Source: Felis catus
Lineage: Eukaryota
NCBI RefSeq assembly: GCF_018350175.1
Contig: NC_058368.1
Span: 207,454,001 to 207,518,000 of the forward strand
Length of the DNA stretch: 64,000 nt
Direction of reading: 5' to 3'
In this document: in pieces, positions 1 to 11,884 of the stretch
Numbering within the stretch: position 1 is the stretch's first letter
How the letters are laid out: every line of letters starts with the position of its first letter
Made by a program: the position numbers and the translations under genes
Notes under the pieces: model-generated
What the model was told of the DNA's origin: nothing
Seen by the model: the letters and a program-made list of their open reading frames with translations, nothing else
Database searches by the model: none

Positions 1-32
1 AATACTCATAAAGATGCTTTTTCTTGCTTTAG

Positions 33-113
33 GCTGAGCCATTAGTTGTTGATCTTAAAGACCTCTTTCAAGTTATCTATAATGTAAAGAAAAAGGAAGA
101 AGAAAAGAAAAAG
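33..113 (+). CDS. DAB2: DAB2 coding exon (~exon 6), end of the PTB/PID domain
   Basis: tttag acceptor at 31-32; 81 nt encoding AEPLVVDLKDLFQVIYNVKKKEEEKKK; non-canonical donor AAG|gcaagt at 114. Confidence 0.95.
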
Positions 114-494
114 GCAAGTATTACCCAATATTGGCTCTGTTACACTTAAGACTATATTCAGGACCATGTTTGAACATTATGTAAATAAATATAGGGCATG
201 TCTGCAGAGTTGACTTCTTTGTGGCTCTTCAAAGTATAGAAAGTATAGAAATGTATTGTCTATTTTTCCAACAGCAATTGATGGATGTTATAGTTAGATA
301 CCTGATTTTCTGTTCCTGACTTTTGTTATCTGTCCCCACAAGCTTCACATTGGTTCTAAGGACTATACAGGTCGACCAAATTTAAGTTCAGAAACTGTAT
401 TCAAATCTAGTATTGATATGAAAAGGGCAGGCCAGGAAATGTAGGGCAGAAATAATATGCAAGACTCTCTCTTGCCTTGTGCCAGTGAACCCAT

Positions 495-496
<2 letters not shown>

Positions 497-529
<33 letters not shown>

Positions 530-532
530 AAA

Positions 533-577
<45 letters not shown>
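497..577. repeat. Compound (GT)n...(AT)n microsatellite
   Basis: GT repeat 497-526, AT repeat 535-577. Confidence 0.95.
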
Positions 578-578
<1 letters not shown>

Positions 579-638
579 TAATTTAACTCCCTTTAACTGT
601 AATTACAAAGATCACTGAATTTGTGTCTTTCTTTTTAG

Positions 639-665
639 ATGGAAGAAGCCAACAAGGCAGTAGAG
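639..665 (+). CDS. DAB2: DAB2 27-nt microexon (~exon 7)
   Basis: Pyrimidine tract plus AG at 637-638; MEEANKAVE (human IEEASKAVE from memory); donor gtaaaa at 666. Confidence 0.9.
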
Positions 666-903
666 GTAAAACTGCATCTTTATGTCTTATGAATTGCACA
701 TGTGATGTGTATAAGTCCTTGTTTGCTACCTGTCCAAGCATGCTCCCCCACCAGCTTACGACCATGTGTTCATGATTCCTCTAGCCATAGAAGATGTACA
801 GTCGAATGACCAGTGCCAAAATCATAACTGCTTAGCAAACCAATACACTAAGAAATTAAATTCTATAAGAAAAGTCACCCTTAAACATTTGCCATCTTTT
901 CAG

Positions 904-957
904 AACGGGAGTGAGACCCTGCTGACCCTTGATGACCAAGCTAACAAACTAAAATTG
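904..957 (+). CDS. DAB2: DAB2 coding exon (~exon 8)
   Basis: ttttcag acceptor; NGSETLLTLDDQANKLKL; donor gtatgt at 958. Confidence 0.93.
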
Positions 958-1163
958 GTATGTATGTTATTTTTTGTGATTCTTATTTGCCTGAACATAG
1001 GTTTACTTCCTATAGATGTTGCTTATGCCAAATCTGCATTGAATACGTATGGACGTCCTATTATGACAACTATTTCCCTAAACATTAGTATAACATTTAT
1101 GTCAAGATACAAAGTAATCTTTTTAGTAGACACATTTGAATCTAATCCAAAGACTTTTTTAAG

Positions 1164-1256
1164 AGTGTGGATCAGATGGATTTGTTTGGGAACATGTCTA
1201 CACTTCCAGACCTAAATAGCCTAATATCAAATCTGTATTAGTTAAATAAAAATAAA
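1164..1256 (+). other. Duplicated copy of DAB2 exon 9 (pseudo-exon or alternative terminal exon)
   Basis: 54/63 nt identical to 1366-1428; upstream intron also duplicated (period ~200 bp); AAG acceptor kept; no GT donor; TAG 1239-1241; AATAAA at 1245 and 1251. Confidence 0.85.
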
Positions 1257-1365
1257 ATTGTGACAATGGTTTTCCTAAGTCTTAGTTTAGGAAACAATTA
1301 CAACAATATACAAAGTACTATTTTTTAGTAGACACATCTGAATCTAATCCAAATACTTTTTCAAG

Positions 1366-1428
1366 GGTGTTGACCAGATGGATTTGTTTGGGGACATGTC
1401 TACACCTCCTGACCTAAATAGTCCAACA
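1366..1428 (+). CDS. DAB2: DAB2 coding exon (~exon 9)
   Basis: tttttcaag acceptor; GVDQMDLFGDMSTPPDLNSPT; donor gtaagt at 1429. Confidence 0.95.
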
Positions 1429-4400
1429 GTAAGTGTCTGTTTTTAAATTTGCAATGTAATGGAAATGGCATCTGTAACTCAAATTGGCAATTAACCAGAA
1501 ATCTCGAGCATCTCGAAACTTGGAAGATGACTGCTGATTTTTCTGCATAATGTATAAATGGCTCCTAGAACCAATTTGCATCTTAAGTTACCATGGGAAC
1601 ATATCAACACTAACTCAGATATATTAATTTTGCTTGGAGATTAGATTTGAGCAATAAGATAGGCAATGCAATCCTTTCTGGTATTATTTAGGATCAGAAG
1701 AAGAGCTGAAAAGTAATTCTTGGCAAAAGTCTACCTGAAGGAAGTATTTGCTAGATGATTAATTATAAAGCCACTTGGCTTCTTCAATATTTTTCTATTC
1801 TTTCTATTGTGATTTAGCGGCATAAGCTTGGTGTGAAGTAAGACTTAAAACAAATAAGATGTTCAGTTACGTTTAACCAAGGCCTGTTTTTGTTTAAAAA
1901 CGTTGTTCATTCTGTGCAGGATGCTATAGTGTATCAAATCTTCTTAATATTGCCCTATCCGTGACAACTACGTGAGAATGGAGCACTATTTTCCTTTAGA
2001 GATAAGGAAAGGGTGATGCAGGAAAAACTCACTTGCCCAAGAAAGAGGTCCAGATTCAAGGCCTAAACACAAACCTCACATCTTCCAAAACAGTCCTCAA
2101 GTTAAACTACCCATGTAATTTTGGATTACTTCTTACAACTATTATTTTGTTTTGACAGTTTCTTGAGTACCTGAGATTTACAGGGCACAGAAATGAGTGA
2201 GATGTACAATGCCAATGAGATCATGGAGTTTACTGTCAAGTGGGGAGCCCAACATTAAAACTAATCACAAAGCCTATTAGTTGATGTTAATCAGAGGGTA
2301 TTTATCTAGTTTAGAGGTTCATATAATGCCTCAGAGTAAATGAGGTTCTGGACTTGAATGTAAAAGATGATAAGGCCGTAACCAGACAAAAAGAACACCA
2401 GTCTAGAATAATGAGAAGAATGTCTGTCTAGGAGTCTGTTACATCAGGGAATTACCAAGCAAGTCTACATGACCAAAAAGGTCATAGGAATTAAAGCAAC
2501 AGCAGATCAAGGACTGGGTAAGTCTCACTTGCCAGAATATCTCCGGGAATGCCAGCCCCGAACTTTCACATAAAATGGCCAGGCCCACTGAGATGAAAGC
2601 AGCCGGGGCTGCATGGTCTCTCTTCTGTCCCCAACCCTGTGACATTCACAGTGCAAACCAGCATTTTAATGAAGACGTACAAAGCCTCCAATAGAGAAGA
2701 ATCCTGTTTAATGTTCTTTTCAGCAGTGAGTTCTAATTCACTTGTCTGTGGAGACTTTATTCTTCACAAACTTTTTGAAATACAAGATTAGATGATCCTG
2801 AAATGTCCATCATAGCTCTGAGGTCCTTTTGATTCCTACACAACTTCGCCCCCTCCTCTATTGTAGCCCCTTCCCAAAGTAAATTGATATCTGAATGATC
2901 TACTTTCCAAGTGTAACGGACAAACAAGTACATTGACACAGATCTAAGCACTCAGGCTATGAAGTAGAATTCCAGTGGGATAGGCAAGGAAGCAATGACT
3001 ATTTAATCTGCTTCAGTAGACTTCTAGAAAGTTCTGAAAAAGGAAATGAAAAACAACATGATTAATCCTGAGTTTTGTTTATATTAGACTTAATGCCTTC
3101 AAAGAGTTTTTGGTTTAAAGAAATAACATGGAAGATTTAGGTAAACTAACAATAAATTAAAGTGATAAATATCATGAAAGCAGATGATATCTGATTAAGA
3201 AAGAGAATGCTAACAGAACTAATTATGTGCCGATTGGATTTTGCCAACATGGTCTTACATATTGACTCCATATTCCTAGGTCACAAAATAGATTTATCTC
3301 TATTTGATAAAACCAGAATGTTTAAAAATGTTCATAATCTTACAACAGTTTCTCTGGAAGAGATGCAGAGAAGAAATCTAAATTACCTGGACTTTATTAG
3401 TGGTTCCCCGACCCATTTGCTCCACCCCCAACATTTTATACAGGATAGTTTTATGCATTGCAAATGAGACTCATGTTGCAAACTAAGTGGCATCCCTTAG
3501 AACATATTTTTATTGGCAATTAACTGAACAATATTCTTCCATACTGCCACTTAAAAGAAAAAGAAGAAAAAACAAAATGACATGCTCTCAAACTTTAAAA
3601 ATAACCATTCAAAACAGTTATTATGAGAAGAGCATAAGGTAGGACCCACCCCGAAGGAGGTTAAGTTTGGTACAGGGATGGAATCAGGGCACAAAGCACA
3701 GTGTCTTGCATACATAAGATGCCATGGGTGGGCACAGGTGATGATGAAATAGATCAATGAAAAAAGGTTTTGTAAAGAATCTGAACTTGAATTGGGTCTT
3801 TGAAGTGCGTAGGAAAATAGAGAGTAGTTAAGCTAAAAGTAAACTGGGTCCTATTGTAGGTCATTTTGAAAGGCTAGCTAATGAAGTTATTTTAACATAG
3901 GGGATAGAAAGAAGCCACTGAAAGCTTTGGGCAGAGAAGTCCAGGATTAGGCAGACTGGAATGGTTGGGAGAGATTAGCTACTTGGAGAAAGCTAGGCTG
4001 TGGAACTCAGTATAGAAGACGTTGCCTTTGTACAGAGACCTTTTTGATTTCCTGTGTTCTCCTCTTACTGAAGCCCCATAAGAGCAGGGATTGATTGCAT
4101 TTCACGTTCATGTTACCAGTGCTTGTTTCTCAGGTGCTCAGATGATGACCCAGTGGTTGCAATGTTGACAATGCAACAAAGAACTAATGAGGTTCTGACC
4201 TAGGAGGTGGATGAGGAGTCTTACATCATTCCACTGTGGCCTATGAACTAGACTCTTAATCCTGGGTTAACAACAAACCCAACCTGAGGAGAGCCTTATA
4301 CATTTTACTTATAGGGTGACTATTCAGAAGTCTAACATTGTGGCTCCTGTTTGGTGTCCTAAGAACTTCTTCAGAAGTATTTGAAAAGGAGAACCCTACC

Positions 4401-6112
4401 AGCTGTGAACACCCAACTGTTCTAACCCAGAGGTGGCTCATCATAAATGAATAAATATTGAAATCACAAACTTTTGCAATATGTTTTGTCCTCTCTTGAT
4501 TGTTACAGATCCCTACATTAAGAGATCTTCCAATCCATTTCTTTGATTTAAAAAAATTTTTTTTAATTACAAGCTCTTTCTTCTGACAAATTCTTATGGT
4601 TATGGAGAAAAACTGGCTTTGAAAAATAGTGTTTTTATACCTAATAATAAAGGAAGCCAAAAAATAGATTACCAATTAGGTCTGACTGAGGGCCTAGACT
4701 TTCTAAAAATATGTTCTTTTAAAGCCAAGGAGGCCTATTTTTATTTACTAATTTGAGAATTTCATATTCCCTTTAAGTTGTTTTTGTCCCAGTGATCAAA
4801 AATATCCAGCATCGGGGTGATGCTGGACCTCTAACTTCCATCTCAGCTAGGCATTGTTTATTGTTTATATTCTTCCGCAGCTAGCATAGATGAGTAGTTA
4901 ATGGATTGAAGTTGGTCAGAAGAAGGTGTGTCAGTTTGACAGTCCTATCCCAGGGTGAACCTTAATTAGTTATGTCACTGACCTGAATAAAGACATGTCA
5001 GATTTTTCAAACTCGCTGATTTTATGTTAAAAAGCATATCTTATCTAACAATTGAGAACACGAGTAACTAATATGCCAGAAAAACGATAGAGAGGGAATA
5101 TAATTTGTAGAGTTAGGTATTTGGTATGTTTTTCAAATTAACTCTAAGCCCAAATCTCCATCCTATGCATGAAGTAAAGATTAGATTGTACATAAATTAA
5201 AGATTAGTTGAATTTATTTACCAAATAGATGAGATTACTGTCACAACCTGGGCAACTCTAGGCTGTATTATAAAAAAAATGCACAAATGCGAGAGGTTAA
5301 TGTGATATGTTGTTATATATCAGTAGTTGAGTAACACTTTCTTCTTTCTAGAAGGACACAGACAAAAGGATGTGTCCAGAGATTAGGATGATGAGAATAA
5401 GAGATCCAGCTTGACTAGCACTGTCAAAAGGATCCTTACATATTTAAAGAGGCATACCTGCCATACCATGTGATGTGATGGGAAAATCTGTTTTTGCCCC
5501 CTAGAGGAAAGACCAATTATAGGGAAATATATTTGACCTTAAATTTTATTACAACCGAAACTATAAAATATTAGGCAATGAATTTGGTCATTTGGAGAGA
5601 CACTGTTACATGATTCTAGGGGTAGACACATGGGACGGGATGGGACCGTGCATCAGGTGGGGAAGCAGAGTTAGGTGTCAGAGGTCTTATCTTACTTTCA
5701 AGCTCAGTGTACTCAGATAATTGCTTAGAGTGACTTGCAATCGGTTTCCTTTAAGACTTGCAAAGGCAGGAATTGGAACAATGCTGATCATGAACTCAGC
5801 CAGTCTGTAAGGGTAAGAGACACATGACTAGAGCAAACAACAATATAATTTCACTTAATGAAGGGCCAGCAAAACTGAGACCTAAATAAAAAGTCAAGGG
5901 GCAGGGAGGGCCAGGGAGGACCTTTTCACCACTAGTAAAGAATGCACTCAGGGAGGTGATGGGAGGAGAAAATGGTCAACCTGTCTGTCAAGACAAAACT
6001 TTAATGGGAATTTTGATAGTCCTGATCATCTTAGGTAGCTTTCTCATTTGAAGTCACGACATGGACTAACACTTTCTTTTCTCTTTTTTTTTTTTCTTCC
6101 CAAATGTGATAG

Positions 6113-6766
6113 GAAAGCAAAGATATCCTGTTAGTGGATCTAAACTCTGAAATCGACACCAATCAGAATTCTTTAAGAGAAAATCCATTCTTAACAAATG
6201 GCATTACCTCCTGCTCTCTTCCTCGACCAAAGCCTCAGGCAGCTTTCTTGCCTGAAAATGCCTTTTCTGCCAATCTCAACTTCTTTCCCACCCCTAATCC
6301 TGATCCTTTCCGTGACGATCCTTTTGCACAGCCAGACCAATCGACACCCTCTTCGTTCGATTCTCTCAAATCTTCAGATCAGAAGAAAGAGAATTTGAGT
6401 AGTTTGTCTCCTCCACTGAGTAACGGGCCCCTGAATGGGGATGTTGATTACTTTGGTCAGCAGTTTGACCAAATCTCTAACCGGACTGGCAAACAGGAAG
6501 CTCAGGCAGGCCCGTGGCCCTTTTCAAGTACGCAAACACAGCCAGCAGTGAGAACTCAAAATGGGGTATCTGAAAGAGAACAGAACGGCTTCCATGTCAA
6601 ATCCTCCCCGAACCCTTTTGTGGGAAGCCCTCCCAAAGGACTGTCCGTACCGAATGGCGTAAAGCAGGACTTGGAAAGCTCTGTCCAGTCCTCACCACAT
6701 GACTCCATAGCCATTATCCCACCTCCACAAAGTACCAAACCAGGACGAGGCAGAAGGACTGCTAAG
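6113..6766 (+). CDS. DAB2: DAB2 large central exon (~exon 10, 654 nt; the exon skipped in the p67-type isoform), with LVDLN clathrin-box-like, DPF and NPF motifs
   Basis: Long pyrimidine tract, AG 6111-6112; ESKDILLVDLNSEIDTNQ...PGRGRRTAK; donor gtgaat at 6767; symmetric phase 0-0. Confidence 0.97.
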
Positions 6767-7583
6767 GTGAATTGTCTTCTCCACATATCCATTGGCAGAA
6801 TGCATGTTCGGTACCAAAGGGTGGTGTGATGCAATCTCTCTTTCCTGCTGCTATTGTAGTTTCCTGTGTGGCTGTAAAATAGACGGTGGGATAAGGCACA
6901 TCTTTCTCCAGGAATACCTTCCTCCAGTCGCCACCCTTTCTGAGCTCGCTCACCAGTGTTTTCACGCCCTGCTTGCTGTTTGCATGTCTTGTCACTTATT
7001 ATTAACTAAACACAAGTTTTTCCATTTTTAATGCTGCTATGCTTCTGTACCTCTGGTAAGTTTGATCGTCATGTTCTGGAAGGGGAGGGCAAGGGTTCTT
7101 GTGATTCCTTGTGTACCTTCCCCACACTAACACCCCCCCCACCCCTCATGTTGCATTAATATCCAAGGTGGTGGTGGAAAATTCTGGAGTTTGCCTCCTC
7201 TATTCAATGTCGACTGAATAATCCATTGTTTTAAGAGAGATTTATATATTTACTATGATCACTTCATTCAAAAACAATTTAAAATGTGGTTTCTGTAAGG
7301 ATCTTTTTAAAAATCTCACTAGAATGTGCAGGCTGGCCTCATAGTTGAACTGCAGTATCATCTTTATGCAGACTTATTTAAATCCAGTGGAATAATCAAA
7401 AAAATGTAGGTTACTTATTTATTTATAGTTGTCCTTTCCTTCCCAGCTTTAAGCTTTTAGCTGACAAGGAGACCAGACAGATATAAATGTGTAAATGAGT
7501 AAAATAGATTTCACCTTGGCAGTCCTCTTTACATCAGTTACCAAGACCCAATATTCTGTCCACTGCAGGGATCTGTCTTTCTC

Positions 7584-7623
7584 GGGGGGCGGGGGGGGGG
7601 GGGGGGGGGAGGAAGGGGAGGGG
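7584..7623 (+). repeat. Poly-G tract (G6-C-G19 plus further G runs), G-quadruplex capable
   Basis: Direct reading. Confidence 0.9.
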
Positions 7624-7765
7624 TTGGCTTTTTGTAGTTTATCAGTAAGAGGAAAAGCTTTTCTTTGTGTGGTTCCCAAATTTGAGGTAACAGAATAAGA
7701 GACGGAATAAAGCTGCCTTTCAACTGTTACTGAGTAACTCTCGTATCTCCCTCTCGCCCTATCAG

Positions 7766-7928
7766 TCTCCAGCAAAAGACTTGCTTGCATCAGACATCTT
7801 TACCCCTCCTGTCTCCGAACCTCCCGGCCAGACATCACCTACAGGACAATCTGCAACCCTACAGACCAACCCTCTGGATCTCTTCAAAACAAATGCTTCT
7901 ACCCCAGTGGGACCCCTTGCAGGTCTAG
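7766..7928 (+). CDS. DAB2: DAB2 coding exon (~exon 11)
   Basis: ccctatcag acceptor; SPAKDLLASDIFTPPVSEP...NPLDLFKT...GPLAGL; donor gtaggt at 7929; 163 nt. Confidence 0.93.
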
Positions 7929-10900
7929 GTAGGTGCCAAAGATCGAGTTAGATTTGCTGTTGCTTTCACTCATAAGATTATAAGGCAAAGGAAGAAGGCA
8001 CTCCAGATCCATTGAGGTGCCAGGGACATAAGAGCTGAGCATCCTGGGGAGACTTTCTCCCACTTTTACTTTTGTACACCCCGCCCTCATTTGGTACTCT
8101 TGACTTGTAACTGAAGTTTGGCTCCTGGAGTTGGCATGTGAGAAGAAATCCATGATCAATATTGCACTTACCTGAGCCAAGTGGCAATGGATTACAGAAG
8201 ACAACTGTAAGGGATTCTGAAGCTCAGACCAGCTTCATTGGAGAAACGGGGTGGAGTTGGGAGAGTCTTATCTGTGATCTGTATTGGAAAAACTGGTGAT
8301 CAGTTTACTAGATCAAAGCCCTATCTCCTATTAAGTTGATATGCTTCTTGGATAGGATATCGTATCCTGTCCTTCCCCTGAGAGGGATAGAAGTTAAGTC
8401 CAATGCAAGTGTAAGTCACAGAATGAAAGTCTTAGGTTCTCAGCCCAGCTCTGCTCTGGACACACAGTGCGTATGAGACAGGCATATATTCTGAGCAGTC
8501 TCTGAATACTTCAGCCTTAGCTGTTCCTTGTCCATATTTTGGCCCACTGAGTGTCTTAGTAGAGTTGGAAGACGAGTGCCAGAAACGTGTAGTTGAGGAG
8601 AACACAGAGATAAGGGAAGAGATGGGATGTTATCAGATACCCAGGATGTGCTGGGGCTCATTCATAAATGTGTCTTCAGCTCACGTGAGCCACTGAGCCA
8701 CTCGGAGGCAAGACACTGGGGAAGGCCACTTGGCTGAAGACTGGCGCTGCTGTTCTTTGCCCACAGCCTCCAGTTCTTTTCTGCCTCCGTGGTACAGTCT
8801 TCAGAAACCCTGACAATAGTCCTTGCTGTCCTGCTGGGAATTCTCTTTGATTTTCTGCTTCTTGGCACCTCCATAAGCTCCAAACAGACTCTCTGTCTTG
8901 GGAGGGGTTTGGGGAACTATAGATGGAGAGGGACTCTCTTCCCCATTTTGTAATATTTGACCAGGGCTCTTGGTTTTCTCTGCCTCCTACAGAGTCAGTT
9001 ATCAGGACCCTTTGTTTATTTGTTTGTTTGTTTGCTTGTTTCCCCTGCTGCTTTCCTGCCAAGGAAAATATTTCCATTTTGTCATATTAAATCTGTTTAA
9101 TCATATCTGGAGTATGGTGACAAGAGTGGGGTGTTACCCAACTGCTGAGTGGCTGAAATCAATGTGAGTGTGAGAAACCAACTTATTTCAGGTCTCTGAT
9201 TGCATTTACACCATCAAGACTCTCTCTAAAAACTTCATGTGTCTTGGGGGCTTCCCCTTTTTTGCGTCGCTCCTTTCCCTGTCCCCCAAGTGGAGCTGGA
9301 AGGTGCTTTTCCTTGTAGAAAGGTTGAGAGCTTGCGCGCACTGCCTGCGACTAGATCACATCACAGAGCTTTGCAGTCTAATATCAGTGCCCTGAAGAAT
9401 TTTTACAGCCAATATTTAACAAGTCAGCTCGAAAATACAGCTGGACCCTATAACTGTTAATTTATTCAGACGAAGTGAAGCTTTTTGGCTAGGTGCCCCT
9501 GTTGAGGCCTTGGGGTATACAACTGCAGAATACTGATGATTCTTCCAAGTTTGGACATGGGACTCAAACTGAGCTCTACAGTATAGTCCCTGTCCACTAG
9601 CAGGGATCCTCAGCCAAACCATGGAAGGTTGTAGGTCTGGCTTCCGCTAGACCCAGCTGGGGGACTGTCTCTTTTGGAGAACTGGGGGTGGGGAGAGGGT
9701 AATGTAGAAAGCTGAGCCTTCAGATTTGGCTAGCTACCCTGTGTTTTAATCTAGCACCAGAAGGTAATAAAATTAACTTCTTATACTCACACTCTCTTTT
9801 TCCTTACCTCTTGCCTCTACTTTCTCCAGCAGAGCCTTGAGTGTCTTGGAAACACAGTGCATGGGATCTCCTAGATGGGAATGAAGGCTGACATTTACAT
9901 ATACTGGGAAAACCTTTAATTCCTGGCAAATACAATATTTGTCTCTTTAACCACCACCACTCCCACTAATAGCATCTATGACTAAAGCCATACATTTTAC
10001 TAAAGGCAAAAGTCATCCAGACATGAAAGATGATAAAATTCTACCCACTTTGCACATTCAGTTGACGTAAATTATTAATGAGCGACTCTGGCTTTGGTTA
10101 ATAAAATTTAAATAAATTTGCCTTAAAATGCTAGCAATAACTTCACTCAAACCCAACCCACTTTTAGAACCCCATATTATGGAATGTAAAAGGACTTTTC
10201 CCTTGATTAGTTGTGAAAAGAATACATATGTTCTTTAGTGTACATGAAGTCTGATTTCTGTAGCCACAAAATGAGTATTTGAATTAATTTCCACTAAAAA
10301 AAGTAGTCCTGTCCCTCAATGCCAAGGATGCAGAACAGGAAAATAGGGTGATGGATTTGGAGCTGGTATTCCTGGGTTACCAGGATATTGTTACAGACTG
10401 TGAGCTTCCCAATTTTAATAATGAATATTCTTGTACCCAGTTCCCTAACCTCAAAAAATAAGCATGTTAATTTAGTTAGATGGCCTTTTCTGAAACCTAC
10501 CACTGCCCATGAGCAGCACATCACACAACGTCATGGCCAGATGACTAGCACACATGATGATACAGTTGAGTCAAATAACATGAATCTCCAATACTAAGAA
10601 AATTCAAGATAGAATATCTCGCTTGCTACATCAGCCCCTGAACATCATTTTTAAAATATTTCTCACTCTGGAAACAAAAACATTCCTAACCCAAGTTAGG
10701 AGTTTGGAGGCCCTTTCTTAGTTTAGTCAGAAAACTTTCATAACTAAAGAATACTCTACTCCAAAGCTCAAAGCAAGTAGATTTTGAGAGCAGTGCACCA
10801 TTCGTGTACAGGTATGAGGCTGAATTTAGATTTTTTGTTTATGGTGGCAGTTTGTTTCTCAAGTAGAGGGAGAAGATATTGGAGAGACCTGTATTTTAAG

Positions 10901-11034
10901 AATTTCACCAGTTCTTAATCCACATGGCAAAGACACTAGAGAAGGAGTCATTCCCCCCCACAAAGATTAGATGCCTGGACACAGGCAATTAGTTACCTCA
11001 GAAGGTATAGTTTTTTGTCTTGGGGGGGGGTATT

Positions 11035-11073
11035 TTTGTTTGTTTTTGTTTTGTTTTGTTTTGTTTTGTTTTG
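11035..11073. repeat. (GTTTT)n repeat
   Basis: Direct reading. Confidence 0.85.
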
Positions 11074-11884
11074 CTTCATGTTGTCTTCTCTCCCTCCCTC
11101 ATTCTTTGAAGTATTCTGTTCTGACTTCTGGCAAGGTTTAGTGAGTGACACATGGCAGGAAGCACTTTTATTTGAAACAGCTCTCCCAGGATAACCAGCC
11201 TTTCCTCCACATTTATATATATAAAAGTCTTAAACTATCTTGGCATCAACCAGATTTTATCATCCTTTTATATGGCTGTGTCAACCTTGGCAGCATTTAA
11301 AAGCAAGGAAACTGAAATGGTTTCTTCAGGATGCAAGCATGTTGAGGCCTAATATACATGCATGATAGCTGGTTTCCATAAGACTCCAGACGTGAGCCAA
11401 CTGCCAAATGAAAAGATCAAGTCAATGACTCAGAGTACCCAATGGATTATCTTAATTAACTAGTTCATAATCAGCATGGTTTGTTTATATAAATGTATTC
11501 ACTCAACAAATACATTCATGCTATTGACAGGCTGTGTCCTCGCTGTTTGAAATGTATCAGTATGATAAGCACTCATTTTTTCATGACTAGGTCCTTATGG
11601 ATTGTATTCTTCTTATAATGAGAAAAGTTTAAAAAGCTGTGGTAGAAAGAAAGGGCTTCAAAATGCAACCAACATTTGAATGCCAGCTATCTTGCATTAG
11701 CTACTTAATCTTTAGAGTAATCTAATCTCTTGGGGCCTTTATTTCCATGTCAGCCTTAAGGCTTAAGGAAGGTGTTTACCATGTAGATGCCCTGTAAATG
11801 CCCCCCAGAGAGTTGTGCTTTCTGAAACTCAAGAATTGTCTTCAAGCTTGTGTCCTAATAAGTCCTTTCTCTTGCTTTCTTCAG

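Noticed and set aside
766..1215. 149-aa ORF
   Set aside because: Intron read-through of DAB2 exon 8; it crosses the duplicated exon in a different frame and has no independent coding signal.
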